A stretch of DNA of 64,000 nt, from contig JBBDRK010000052.1 in NCBI GenBank assembly GCA_040905465.1, positions 1 to 64,000 on the forward strand, read 5' to 3'. Positions 29,247-39,094 of the stretch are shown one piece after another. Origin of the DNA: Trueperaceae bacterium (lineage in GTDB: Bacteria; Deinococcota; Deinococci; Deinococcales; Trueperaceae). The notes below the pieces were generated by a model. The model made no database searches, was not told the origin of the DNA, and saw only the letters and a program-made list of their open reading frames with translations. A program made the translations under genes and the position numbers. The first letter of the stretch is position 1. Each line of letters begins with the position of its first letter.

Positions 29247-31982
29247 TCAGCCGGTGTTTCGCAATCCGGCCGATATGCCGATCAGCGTCACCTGCACCGC
29301 ATATTCGAGGTCGGTCCGGTCCTCGCTCTCGTCGGTAAATCCGCGCAACCGCCGGATCAGCTCGACCTGAAGATGGGAGATGGGGTCGACGTAGGGGTTG
29401 CGCAAATCTATCGCCCGGGCAAGTGTGGCGTCATGTTCCAGCAGGGGTGAACCGGTGGCAGCCTCCACACGCGCGACCGACAGGCGGTGCTCGTGCCGGA
29501 TCATCGGCCAGAACCGATCGACGAGCTCGGGATCGACGAGCTGCAGATACCTCTCGAAGATGCCCATGTCCGCTTTCGCCAGGCTCATCTGGGCGAAATC
29601 GAGGATCGTCCGGAAGAACGGCCACTCCCGGTACATCTCTTGCAGCTCGGCGTCCTGCAACTCGGCCAGCCCGCTGCCCAGGCCGAACCAGCCGGGAAGG
29701 TTGGCCCGGCACTGGGTCCAGGAGAACACCCAGGGGATGGCGCGAAGGTTGGCGAGAGCCTTGTCGCCCTTGCGCCTCACCGGCCGCGAACCAATCTGCA
29801 AGCGGCTGATCTCCTCTATCGGGGTCACCTGATGGAAGAAATCGAGGAAGCCGGGCGCTTCCAGTAGTTCGCGGTAACGCCGTTGGGCTCGCTCGGAGGC
29901 GCGCGACAACGCGTTGCGATAGCGCTCGGGCAGCTCCGCCAGGGGCCGGGCGTCTCTCGCGGAGGAGAGTATGAACGCATGAGCCACCTGCTCAAGGTGG
30001 CGGTGGGCGAGGTCGGGGTCGCTGTAACGCTCGCTGAGCGCCTCGCCCTGTTCCGTCAGCCGCATCCGGCCGTTGAGCGAACCGGGCGGTTGAGCGAGTA
30101 TCGCCTGGCCGCTGGGGCCGCCGCCGCGGCCGATCGACGTGCCGCGGCCGTGAAAGAGCCGAAGCCGCACGCCGGCTTCCCGGCAGACGCGCGCTACCCC
30201 CTCCTGGGCCCGAAACAGCGCCCAATTGGCGGCCAGGAACCCGGCGTCCTTGTTCGAATCGGAGTAGCCGATCATCACTTCCTGGACGCCGCGCCGCTCC
30301 ACGTGGCGCCGGTAGGCTGGGAGGGCGAACAGCTCACTCAGGACCTCGGGGGCGCGGCCGAGATCCTCTTCGGTTTCGAACAGCGGGGTCGCGTCGATGT
30401 CGGGGAAACCGGCCTGCTTGGCCAGCACCAGCACCTCCAGCACGTCGCTGACGCCTTCGGTCATCGACACGATGTAACTTCCGGTGGCGTGCGGCCCGTA
30501 GCGCGCTCGGGCTTGGCGAAACACCCGCAGGAACGCCAGCGCCCGCTCGGTCTCGGGCGCCAGCTCGGCGCCCTCGGGAGCGAAGGGGCGCAGCGACGAC
30601 AGCTCGGCGGCGAGCAGCGCGACGCGCTCCCTTTCCGGCAGCTCGGCATATCCGTCGCTCACGCCGGCGATTCGCAAGAGGTCGGCGGCGGCGGCTTCGT
30701 GGACTCGCGAGTGCTCACGCAGGTCGATGGCCGCGAGATGAAGGCCGAACGCCGCGGCCCGGTAACGGAGCGGCCGTACGAACGCTCTGGCGGCCCGAAC
30801 GCCATCACCCTGCGCCAGGGTCTCCTCTATCAGCGCCAGGTCGCGCTCGAACGCCTCCGCCCCACCCGGGTAAGCGCCGCCACCCTCCGCCAGGCCACGC
30901 TGCTCTTCCTCGCGCAAGAATGCATGCATGTGAAACAGCTTCTGCCGAAACGGCTCGCCCGGGAAGCGCTCCGGCCGGCCATGCCGTTCGTTGAGCTCCT
31001 CGAGGTCGGTGGCGAATGCCGGCGTGATCGACACTCGCCGCTCCCACTGCGACAGACGCTGCACCAGGCCGTCGACGTCGGCGATCGCCTGCTGCAAGGC
31101 CACATCCGCCTGCAGGCGGTAGGCCTCCTCCGTGGTTTCGGGCAGCACGAACGGGTTGCCGTCGCGATCGCCGCCGATCCAGGAACGGAAGCGAATAACC
31201 GGCGGGAGCAGACGCGAGATGCCGTTGCCCGCTTCGTCCTGGTCGAAATACGTCTCCAACGCACCTTCCATGTCGAGCATCAGTTGCGGCACGGCCCTCA
31301 GGAGCGATCGCCGGTAGTAGTAAAGAGCACTCTTGACCTCGTCGATGACCGTCGGCTTCACGGAGAACAGCTCGCGCGTTTGCCACAAGGTACTGATCTC
31401 GGCGTGGATCTCGTCCTCGAGCGCCCGGCGTTGCCTGGGTGAGAGGGCGTGCTCGGAGAGGCGTCGCAGCGCAGATGCCACGCGCTCGAGCTTGAGCCGG
31501 ATGGTGTAGCGCTTCACTTCGGTGGGATGCGCCGTCATCGTCATCCCGATATCGAGGTCCTCGACGAAGCGCCGCACCTCTGCCCCCGACCAGCCCTGGT
31601 CCTTGAGGAACTTCACCGCCGCCGCCACCGACTCGCCCCTGGGCGAGTCCGGCGTGGAGCGTCCTTCACGCAGGCGGTTGACGCGCACCCGGTGGATCTC
31701 CTCGGCGAGATTGATCAGCTGGAAGTACACCGTGAACGCCCTCAGTACCCGCTCGGCGCTGTCCAGGGAGAGCCCTGCCAGCAGCGCCTGCAGCTCCTCT
31801 TTTAGATCCGATCGGTCCGGCTCGCCGCGAAGGCGCTTGGTGAGCGAACGGACACGTTCGACCAGGTCGAATAGCTGCTCGCCCTCGAGCTCCTTGAGCA
31901 CGTTCCCGAGCGCGCTCCCGAGGAAGTCGACGTCGGCGCGCAGCCGTGCGAATGCGTCGTCGTTGGCAGGCTGGTCGCTCAT
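29247..31982 (-). CDS. ppc: Phosphoenolpyruvate carboxylase
   Basis: TAHPTE, SWIGGDRDGNP, GYSDSNKD, FHGRG, LRAIPW, C-terminal GLRNTG; start ATG 31982 behind TACAAT. Confidence 0.97.
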   Translation of the reverse strand: MSDQPANDDAFARLRADVDFLGSALGNVLKELEGEQLFDLVERVRSLTKRLRGEPDRSDLKEELQALLAGLSLDSAERVLRAFTVYFQLINLAEEIHRVRVNRLREGRSTPDSPRGESVAAAVKFLKDQGWSGAEVRRFVEDLDIGMTMTAHPTEVKRYTIRLKLERVASALRRLSEHALSPRQRRALEDEIHAEISTLWQTRELFSVKPTVIDEVKSALYYYRRSLLRAVPQLMLDMEGALETYFDQDEAGNGISRLLPPVIRFRSWIGGDRDGNPFVLPETTEEAYRLQADVALQQAIADVDGLVQRLSQWERRVSITPAFATDLEELNERHGRPERFPGEPFRQKLFHMHAFLREEEQRGLAEGGGAYPGGAEAFERDLALIEETLAQGDGVRAARAFVRPLRYRAAAFGLHLAAIDLREHSRVHEAAAADLLRIAGVSDGYAELPERERVALLAAELSSLRPFAPEGAELAPETERALAFLRVFRQARARYGPHATGSYIVSMTEGVSDVLEVLVLAKQAGFPDIDATPLFETEEDLGRAPEVLSELFALPAYRRHVERRGVQEVMIGYSDSNKDAGFLAANWALFRAQEGVARVCREAGVRLRLFHGRGTSIGRGGGPSGQAILAQPPGSLNGRMRLTEQGEALSERYSDPDLAHRHLEQVAHAFILSSARDARPLAELPERYRNALSRASERAQRRYRELLEAPGFLDFFHQVTPIEEISRLQIGSRPVRRKGDKALANLRAIPWVFSWTQCRANLPGWFGLGSGLAELQDAELQEMYREWPFFRTILDFAQMSLAKADMGIFERYLQLVDPELVDRFWPMIRHEHRLSVARVEAATGSPLLEHDATLARAIDLRNPYVDPISHLQVELIRRLRGFTDESEDRTDLEYAVQVTLIGISAGLRNTG

Positions 31983-32095
31983 CAACGCGGATTGTAACGC
32001 GCAACCGCGGGCTGGCTCGTCCGGCCGGGCAGACGCGGCAGCCGGCCGAGTCCCGGGCTCACGCCGCGCGCAGTCGCTGCGGGCCGCCGGCGCCG

Positions 32096-32872
32096 CTACT
32101 CGCCGGGACCCTCCGCCCGCCACTGGATCCGGCTGATCTCGCTGGCCCGACCCGCCTCGACCGAAATCTCCACGGCGCACAGCGTCCCGGGCCGGTCCGC
32201 CGGCCGGAATCGGCGCGGCATCTTGGTTACGAACCGGTGATGAACCTCTTCGAAGTTCATGCCCAGCGACGAGAACTGGACCCCCGACATGCCCACGTCG
32301 GTGATGTAGGCGGTGCCGTTCACCACCAGCTCGTCGGCGGTCTGGACGTGGGTGTGGGTGCCGATCACCGCGCTCGCCCGGCCCGCCAGGTGAAAGCCCA
32401 TGACTTTCTTTTCCGACGTTGCTTCGGCGTGGAAATCCAGGATCAGCGCCTCGCCCGGAGCGACCGCTTCGACCAGCGCGTCCACCGCCCTGAACGGGTC
32501 GTCGAGCGCGTCCATGTAGACGCGGCCCATCGCCTGGGCGACCGTCACCCGCTCACCACCCCTGGCGACGAAGCTGGCGAACCCCAGGCCGGGCGTGCCG
32601 GGCGGATAGTTGAGCGGCCGCAGCAGCCTGGGCGTCTCCTCCACCAGCTCCAGCACCTCGTTCTGATCCCAGGTGTGGTTGCCGAGAGTGACGACGTCGA
32701 CACCGGCGGCCCGCATCTGCTCGAAGTGTTTGCGGGTTATCCCGTAGCCCCCGGCCGCATTCTCACCGTTGGCTATCACGAAGTCGTACTGATCACCGAA
32801 CCGGGCGAGGAAGTCCTCCATCACCCGCAGCCCGGGCTTGCTGAAGATATCGCCGATGAACAGGACGCGCAT
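32096..32872 (-). CDS. YmdB/TIGR00282 family metallophosphoesterase
   Basis: LFIGDI, NGENAAGG, GNH, DFHAEATSEK, GTHTHVQTAD. Confidence 0.93.
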   Translation of the reverse strand: MRVLFIGDIFSKPGLRVMEDFLARFGDQYDFVIANGENAAGGYGITRKHFEQMRAAGVDVVTLGNHTWDQNEVLELVEETPRLLRPLNYPPGTPGLGFASFVARGGERVTVAQAMGRVYMDALDDPFRAVDALVEAVAPGEALILDFHAEATSEKKVMGFHLAGRASAVIGTHTHVQTADELVVNGTAYITDVGMSGVQFSSLGMNFEEVHHRFVTKMPRRFRPADRPGTLCAVEISVEAGRASEISRIQWRAEGPGE

Positions 32873-32992
32873 GACGCGTAGGTTACCAGTCAGCACGCCC
32901 GGACATCGCACCGCTTCCGGCGCTGGTGCGAAGTGCCCGGGTTCCGGTACCGCTGCCGTGCGGGCAAGCGTTCTGGTACTCTTTGCAGAGCC

Positions 32993-33457
32993 ATGAACTT
33001 CGACTCGATCGACAGACAGATACTGCTGATCCTGCGCGAGGACGGCCGTTCCTCACACGCCGCCTTGGCCAAAGCCGTCGGACTGTCCGCACCGGCCGTG
33101 GGCGAGCGAGTCAGGAAGCTCGAGCAGTCCGGCGTGATAAGGGGCTACCGGGCCGTGCTCGATGCCGACACATTGGGGCTCGACATCTGCGCGTTCGTGG
33201 CGATCGCTCCGCAGCCGCGCAAGCCGGCAACCGAGCTCGTAGAGCGGCTGTTGAGCCTCCCAGAGATCGAAGAGCTCCACGCCGTAGCCGGAAACTACGC
33301 TTATATCGCAAAGGTGCGGGTGGCCTCTACCCAGGCGCTCGACGGCTTCCTGGACAGACTGTTCATGATGGACGGGGTCGAGCGAACCGAGACGACCATG
33401 GTGCTGCGGACCAACGCAGAACGGCCGATGCACCTGCCTTTCGACGAAAAACTCTGA
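32993..33457 (+). CDS. Lrp/AsnC family transcriptional regulator
   Basis: DSIDRQIL..L.EDGR.S..LAKAVGLS..ERVRKLE..GVI.GY helix-turn-helix. Confidence 0.95.
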   Translation: MNFDSIDRQILLILREDGRSSHAALAKAVGLSAPAVGERVRKLEQSGVIRGYRAVLDADTLGLDICAFVAIAPQPRKPATELVERLLSLPEIEELHAVAGNYAYIAKVRVASTQALDGFLDRLFMMDGVERTETTMVLRTNAERPMHLPFDEKL

Positions 33458-33458
33458 A

Positions 33459-34628
33459 ATGAACGTGATAAGGCGACTCGTCGAGTCCGACCTCGACGCA
33501 CTCATGGCAGTCCGTTCCATCTCCTATCCCGGATCCGGTCTGGAAGAGGCGGAGTTGCGCCGCATCATCGCCACCAGGCTGCCGTTCACGTGCGGACTGT
33601 TCGAGGCAGGCGAGCTCGCCTGCGTGGCAACGATGTGGCCGCTGCGCATGTACCTCGGCGGCAGGGAAGTCGCCATGGGCGGTCTCGCCGGCGTGGCGAC
33701 GGCACCAGAGTTCCGTCGCGGGGGCCGGGTGCGCGCTCTCCTGAGGGAAGCTCTCGAGCGACTCCGGGACGAGGGCACCGGCTGGTGCCTGGAGTACCCG
33801 TTCGATCCGCGCTTCTACCATCGTCTCGGCTGGCAATCGGTGCCTTGCGGAAGCGAGGTCGAGATCCCCAGCGAATACCTCCACCGGGGAGGTCCGCCGG
33901 TCTCGGCCCGGCGGCTGTCCCTGTCGGAGTTCGCCTCGCTGGCGCCGGTCTTCGAGAGCTGGGCCGCCCGATATACCTTCGCCCTCACCAGGCAGAACGA
34001 CCCACGCAAGCCGTGGACCCGGATGGTAAGCAAGGAGTGGCTGGAGGACGACGGCTTCCTGTACACCGTCGACGGCGGCTACGTCCTGTTCACCCTCACG
34101 CAGGAGAACCGCCGAAACATCCTGACGGTCGAGGACTACGCCTATAGCGGCGGCAAAGGCCGCGACGACATCTTCAGGTTCCTCGGCGCCATGCACGGCC
34201 AGGCGGCTCTCATTCGCATGCACCTACCCGACGACGATCCCGTGTCGCTGGACCACCGCTTCCGTCATGCCACGCCTCGGCGATGGCCGTTGCAGGCGCG
34301 AGTCGCCGACCTGGCGGCGGCCCTCGGGCCGCTCTCCGCGCCGGCCCGCGAGCCGTTCCGGCTGCGAGTCCACGACGAACTCTGTCCGTGGAACGACGGC
34401 ACTTTCGAGCTGACCTGCGCGGAGTCGGGGACGTCGGTCGCGCGATGCGGCGGCGAGCCGGACGCGGAGTTGCCGATCCAGACGATTCCGCTGCTCGTGG
34501 GCGGGGCCATAAGCGCCGAGACTGCGCTCGCCCAGGGTCAGGCGAGCGGCCAGATCGGCCCGTTGACAGCCATAGCCGGCCTGAGCCGGGGGCGCCGCAG
34601 CTTCATGCCGCTCAGCGACGCCTTCTGA
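33459..34628 (+). CDS. Eis-like GNAT acetyltransferase with SCP2-like C-terminus
   Basis: GVATAPEFRRGG, LEYPF..FYHRLGW, D..CPWNDGTF; starts 1 nt after the Lrp stop. Confidence 0.88.
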   Translation: MNVIRRLVESDLDALMAVRSISYPGSGLEEAELRRIIATRLPFTCGLFEAGELACVATMWPLRMYLGGREVAMGGLAGVATAPEFRRGGRVRALLREALERLRDEGTGWCLEYPFDPRFYHRLGWQSVPCGSEVEIPSEYLHRGGPPVSARRLSLSEFASLAPVFESWAARYTFALTRQNDPRKPWTRMVSKEWLEDDGFLYTVDGGYVLFTLTQENRRNILTVEDYAYSGGKGRDDIFRFLGAMHGQAALIRMHLPDDDPVSLDHRFRHATPRRWPLQARVADLAAALGPLSAPAREPFRLRVHDELCPWNDGTFELTCAESGTSVARCGGEPDAELPIQTIPLLVGGAISAETALAQGQASGQIGPLTAIAGLSRGRRSFMPLSDAF

Positions 34629-34633
34629 GCCCG

Positions 34634-35560
34634 TCAGGCGGGCAATTCGATCCGCCGGCGCGCCGCCCGTTGCTCTCGCACCGAGATGAATACCCCACTT
34701 GCGACTATCACGGCGGCGCCGACCCAGGTCCAGCCGTCGGGAAAGTCGCCGAACACGACCAGGCCGACGATGGTGGCGGTGACGATCTCGAAGTAGCCGG
34801 CGGGAGCCAGCAGCGACGCGGGAGCAAGATCGAACGCCCAGATCACGAAGAAATGCCCGCTGGCCGCCAGCAGCCCCATGAACACCATCAGGAACCATCC
34901 GAAGAGCGTGGGAGCCGTCCAATCGAACGGTACAACGATCGACATTCCCACGGCGCCTACGATCGCCGTATAGGCGAGCGTGACCAGCGGCGGCGAACTG
35001 CCCGAGAGCTTGCGCGTCGTCAGCAGGTAGAGAGCGTGCACCGTTCCGGCCGCCACCGCGAACAGGCCACTCAGCATGAACGCCGAGGTGCCGGGACGCA
35101 TCACTATCCACACGCCCGCGAAGCCGACCAGAACCGCCAGCCAGCGTGACCAGCCCACCCGCTCACCGAGCAACACCGGCGCCAGGGCGGTTACCACCAG
35201 CGGTGACACGAAGAGGAGCGTCATGGCGGTAGTGAGGGGCATTCGGGAGATCGCCGTGAAGAAGAGCGCCGTCGCCAGCAACAGCAGAGCGCCGCGGAGC
35301 AGTTGGACGGCGGGTCGCTGCGGCCACAGCGAGCGGGCGCCGTAACGCCAGATCAGCCAGGGAAGCATGGTTATCAGGTGAAAGAAGTAGCGCGCCCAGA
35401 TCACCTGGGTCAGCGGATAGCTGGAACTGAGGTGCTTTGCCACCCCGTCCATAAGCGGCAACAACGCCGCCGCCGCCAGCATGAGCAACAGGCCCGCGAG
35501 CGGTCTGTGCTGCGCCACGGCCGATGACGGTTCGCCCTCGACCAGCGCCCGCGGTCTCAT
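34634..35560 (-). CDS. DMT/EamA family transporter
   Basis: About 10 TM segments; LLGERVG..RW, FGDFPD; ATGA overlap with the helicase stop. Confidence 0.9.
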   Translation of the reverse strand: MRPRALVEGEPSSAVAQHRPLAGLLLMLAAAALLPLMDGVAKHLSSSYPLTQVIWARYFFHLITMLPWLIWRYGARSLWPQRPAVQLLRGALLLLATALFFTAISRMPLTTAMTLLFVSPLVVTALAPVLLGERVGWSRWLAVLVGFAGVWIVMRPGTSAFMLSGLFAVAAGTVHALYLLTTRKLSGSSPPLVTLAYTAIVGAVGMSIVVPFDWTAPTLFGWFLMVFMGLLAASGHFFVIWAFDLAPASLLAPAGYFEIVTATIVGLVVFGDFPDGWTWVGAAVIVASGVFISVREQRAARRRIELPA

Positions 35561-37161
35561 GCAGTCGTGCTGACGGCTTCCAGGACCCACTCGGGAAGTC
35601 GCGCGCGTTGGCGCCGGAGGAAAGAGGGAAAATCGGCGTCGAGCAGGTAGGTGACGGCGAAGTCGTTGCGGCTGCGGACCGAGCGGCCATACGCCTGCAC
35701 CACGGTCAGGCAGGTCCTCCACTCGTACCAGGCCGGGTCGATCTCACGACGCATGGCGATCTGCGGATCGCCCAGGTAGGGATAGGGGATCTTGCAGATG
35801 ATCTGCCAGCGCGACAGTTCATCGGCCAGGTCGATGCCCTCGGTCATGCTGGGTGTGAGGAGCACCGTCGGTTCCCGGCTGCCGACGTGGTTGTCCAATG
35901 CGACGTCGCGGCCGGCAGCGTTGTCGTGCGTGACCAGCCGTGAACGCTGGTGCGGCGGCAGGTTTGCCGCCAGGTGGCGCGCTATTCGGTACGAGTGCGC
36001 GTGGATCACCCCCTTCTCCTCGGGATGGTCGTCCAGCACCCGGGAGACGGCCGACACCAGGCGCGGCAGCTCCCGCTCCAGGTGATGACGGGTGAGCCTG
36101 GCGGCGGGGCGCACCACGATCGGACGGTTCTCGGGTGGGAAGTCGGACTCCACCCGCAGCACCGTGACATCCTGCGGATCGATCCCCAACGAGGCGAGGT
36201 AGGTCTGCGGGTCGAGGATGGTAGCGGACAGCATCAGCACCCGATCGGCGAATCCGAACAGCAGCGGTTCGGCGAAGCTGGCCACCCTTACCGGCTTGAA
36301 CGTCAGCGCCTGTCCACCGTCCTCCTGGCGGCGTTCGACGGTCCAGTCGACGAGGTCGTCGTCGATGCTGTCCAACAACAACCGCAGCCGCTTGCCCTGA
36401 TTGTCGAGCCACTGCTTCGCCTGCAGGCGGCTGAGTTCGACCTCGCTGCCCGGACCGCCCTGCCGCAACTCGAGCTCTACCTCACGGCCGCGTCCCAACA
36501 GGCGCGGCAAGAGCTCCTCGACGAAGTCGAAGTAACCGAGCCGATCCTGCACGAACGGTATCCGCTCCACGAGACCGGCCCGGGCGAGCGCTTCGTCGGA
36601 AACGGTCACCTGAATGAAACCCATGAGTGCGGCCTCGGCGTTGTGCGCCTCGTCGAGCACGAGCAGGTCACGGCGACCGAACCCGCCCGAATAGTTCAGC
36701 TCGGCCAGATAGTAGGCGTAGTTCATGGTGGTGTTCGACGCCGCGGCAGCTATGTCCTTTTTGGTGAAGTACGGGCAATCCTCGCACTGGGTAAAGCGCC
36801 GGCCGGCGATGCAAGGTGCCGCCGCGGCGTGGGTGGGCGCGACCAGGCAGTCGTAGTTCGAGCGACCCTTCATCAGCGCCAGGTCCGGGAAGTCTCGCAC
36901 GTACTGGTCCTGGAGGATCTTCTGCGCGGTCAGCACGTACGAGCTGGTCGCCTCGCGCGCCAGGGTCACCGCTATGGCCGACTTTCCCGAGCCGGTCGGC
37001 GCCTCGATCACCACGAACCGTTTGCCTTCGCCGAATGCCTGGCGGGCGGCGTCGATCGCCTCCCGCTGGCCTGCGCGATAACTCTTGTACGGGAATCCGA
37101 CCGAAGCCACAGCAAAGGCTACCAGAGGGAGGGAGATGGGCGGCCTCACCGGGCGCACCAT
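35557..37161 (-). CDS. DinG/XPD-family ATP-dependent helicase
   Basis: EAPTGSGKS, KGRSNY.C with four Cys, LDEAH, SAT, EGID, QAYGRSVRS..D; start uncertain. Confidence 0.9.
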   Translation of the reverse strand: MVRPVRPPISLPLVAFAVASVGFPYKSYRAGQREAIDAARQAFGEGKRFVVIEAPTGSGKSAIAVTLAREATSSYVLTAQKILQDQYVRDFPDLALMKGRSNYDCLVAPTHAAAAPCIAGRRFTQCEDCPYFTKKDIAAAASNTTMNYAYYLAELNYSGGFGRRDLLVLDEAHNAEAALMGFIQVTVSDEALARAGLVERIPFVQDRLGYFDFVEELLPRLLGRGREVELELRQGGPGSEVELSRLQAKQWLDNQGKRLRLLLDSIDDDLVDWTVERRQEDGGQALTFKPVRVASFAEPLLFGFADRVLMLSATILDPQTYLASLGIDPQDVTVLRVESDFPPENRPIVVRPAARLTRHHLERELPRLVSAVSRVLDDHPEEKGVIHAHSYRIARHLAANLPPHQRSRLVTHDNAAGRDVALDNHVGSREPTVLLTPSMTEGIDLADELSRWQIICKIPYPYLGDPQIAMRREIDPAWYEWRTCLTVVQAYGRSVRSRNDFAVTYLLDADFPSFLRRQRARLPEWVLEAVSTTA

Positions 37162-37164
37162 TTG

Positions 37165-37189
37165 AAAAGCCAGCCTTTGCGGCTGGCTT
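37165..37189 (-). terminator. Terminator-like hairpin after tRNA-Leu
   Basis: AAGCCAGCC-GCAAA-GGCTGGCTT then TT (short U tract). Confidence 0.65.
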
Positions 37190-37191
37190 GG

Positions 37192-37279
37192 TGGTGCCGA
37201 GGAGGGGACTTGAACCCCTACGCCCTTAACGGGCACCAGCCCCTCAAGCTGGCGCGTCTACCAATTCCGCCACCTCGGC
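37192..37279 (-). tRNA. tRNA-Leu (anticodon GAG)
   Basis: GCCGAGGTGGCGGAATTGGTAGACGCG-CCAGC-TTGAGGG-GCTGG, long variable arm, GTTCAAGTC, CCTCGGCA-CCA. Confidence 0.97.
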
Positions 37280-37308
37280 ACGATAAAGGGGGGTCGGACG
37301 CAAAGTGA

Positions 37309-37338
37309 ATGATACGAGATGCCCCAGGGGCATGTCAA
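37309..37338 (-). promoter_or_regulatory. Sigma70-type promoter for tRNA-Leu
   Basis: TTGACA-18 nt-TATCAT. Confidence 0.7.
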
Positions 37339-37396
37339 GCAATCACGAACGCCCGGTCTCTTTGACGAAACTCCGTCCACGACGTATTCTCGGCTT

Positions 37397-38044
37397 GTGA
37401 CAAGCGAGCGCTACCGGCGCATCATGCAGATATTGGCTCAGCGCCAGCCCGACCTGACGATCCTCGCCGAGGACGTCTACAAGCCGCATAACCTCTCCGC
37501 GATGCTCCGCTCCTGTGACGCCGTAGGGATCGGCCTGGTGCACGCGATCGACCCTACCGGCGGGGTCCCCACCTTCAATGAGACCAGCGCGGGTGCCGAC
37601 CGCTGGGTCGAGGTCCGGGTGCATGCCGACTTCGCCGAGGCGTCGGCGCAGGTCCGCGATCAGGGGATGCAACTGCTGGCCGCTCACTTCTCGGACCGGG
37701 CCGTGGACTATCGCGACGTCGATTACACGCGGCCGACCGCCGTGCTGTTCGGGAACGAGAAGAGGGGCGTGAGCCACCAGGCGGCGGCTCGTGTGGATGG
37801 CCACGTGATCATCCCGATGCTGGGAATGGTGCGGTCGCTCAACGTGTCGGTGGCGACCGCCGTGATCCTGTTCGAGGCGCAGCGGCAGCGGCGGGAGGCG
37901 GGGATGTTCGAGCGGCCGCGCTTGTCGCCCGAGCAGATCAACGCCCAGGCGTTCCGCTGGCTCTTCCCGCGCGAGGCGGCGGTGCGGGAGGCTCGGGGCG
38001 AGCCTTTTCCCGGGGTTCTGGAAGATGGAACGTACGAGGGGTGA
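37397..38044 (+). CDS. trmH: tRNA (guanosine-2'-O)-methyltransferase (Gm18)
   Basis: RQPDLT..EDVYKPHNLSA..RSCDAVG, GNEKRG, IPMLGMVRSLNVSVA; GTG 37397 behind TATTCT. Confidence 0.93.
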   Translation: MTSERYRRIMQILAQRQPDLTILAEDVYKPHNLSAMLRSCDAVGIGLVHAIDPTGGVPTFNETSAGADRWVEVRVHADFAEASAQVRDQGMQLLAAHFSDRAVDYRDVDYTRPTAVLFGNEKRGVSHQAAARVDGHVIIPMLGMVRSLNVSVATAVILFEAQRQRREAGMFERPRLSPEQINAQAFRWLFPREAAVREARGEPFPGVLEDGTYEG

Positions 38045-38113
38045 ACGTCGCTTGCAAATGAGAGAATTCTTATACCACGCGGTTTCGCCGGCAAGCCGCC
38101 TTTAAGATGACCC

Positions 38114-39046
38114 ATGTCCCCGGCGTTCCACGATCTCCAGCAACAGGTATTCGCGCTCCACGCGGAGGAGCGCTACCACGACGCACTCGAACTGGCCCTC
38201 GCCAACCTGGACCACCACCAGGAGAACGCCTCCCGGATAGCCTTCTGGGTCGCCTGCTTGCAATGCAGGCTCGACCGCTGGGACGATGCGCTGGCGACGA
38301 TCGGCGGGGTGGTCGACGCGGGGGGCTGGTTCAACCCCGACCGGCTGCGTGACGACCCGGATCTCGCCCCCCTGCGGGAGCTGTCGGAGCTGGGCGGGAT
38401 CATCGGGGCCTGCGACGAGAAGCGCAGGGTGGAGCAGGCTGACGCTCGACCCGAACGGCGCCTGGTCCGGCCGGAATCGACCGAGCACCAACCTCCCCCG
38501 CTGGTCATCGCCCTGCATATGGCGGGCGGCAACGCTCGACAGAGCGAGCACCACTGGCGCCGGGCCAGCCGTGACGGCTACCTTCTGGCCCTGCCCCAGG
38601 GAACGCAGATCCTGGGTCCCGGCGAGTACGGGTGGAGCGAAAACACCGAGGCGGAACTCAAGAAGCACCTGCTGGCGGTCGCCGGCTGGCACGCCTACGA
38701 TTCGGCTCGGGTCGTGCTCGGCGGCGCGTCCCGCGGCGCCGGCGTGGCGGTCGAGTTCGCCCTGTGTCAGGCACCGTTCGCCAGTCGCGGCTTCATCGCG
38801 GTGGTCGGCAGTCCCGCGCCCGAAAAGATCGAGGAGCACGTCGCCCGGGCGGTCGCTGCTCAGGTCAGAGGCGTGTTCATCACCGGAGAGCACGACGGTG
38901 CGCGAGATCGAGTCGAGTCGACCTATCGGCTACTGCACGCCGCCGGAATGAACGTGTGCCTGAAGGTCTTGCCCGGTCTCGGCCACGACTATCCGCCCGA
39001 CTTCTCCGAGCACCTGAGCGAAGCGCTGGCTTACGTGCTCGCCTGA
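38114..39046 (+). CDS. Alpha/beta hydrolase-fold protein with N-terminal helical (TPR-like) domain
   Basis: GASRG nucleophile elbow, GEHD, GLGHDYP; DDPDLAPLR helical cap. Confidence 0.75.
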   Translation: MSPAFHDLQQQVFALHAEERYHDALELALANLDHHQENASRIAFWVACLQCRLDRWDDALATIGGVVDAGGWFNPDRLRDDPDLAPLRELSELGGIIGACDEKRRVEQADARPERRLVRPESTEHQPPPLVIALHMAGGNARQSEHHWRRASRDGYLLALPQGTQILGPGEYGWSENTEAELKKHLLAVAGWHAYDSARVVLGGASRGAGVAVEFALCQAPFASRGFIAVVGSPAPEKIEEHVARAVAAQVRGVFITGEHDGARDRVESTYRLLHAAGMNVCLKVLPGLGHDYPPDFSEHLSEALAYVLA

Positions 39047-39094
39047 CTATGATCCATGAGCGACCTGGAGCGCCTGCGTCTACTATCGTTGGGT

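Noticed and set aside
37189-37279. Integrated element at tRNA-Leu; CCACCA at the 3' end
   Set aside because: No integrase or duplicated tRNA 3' fragment seen; the extra CCA is probably just trailer sequence.
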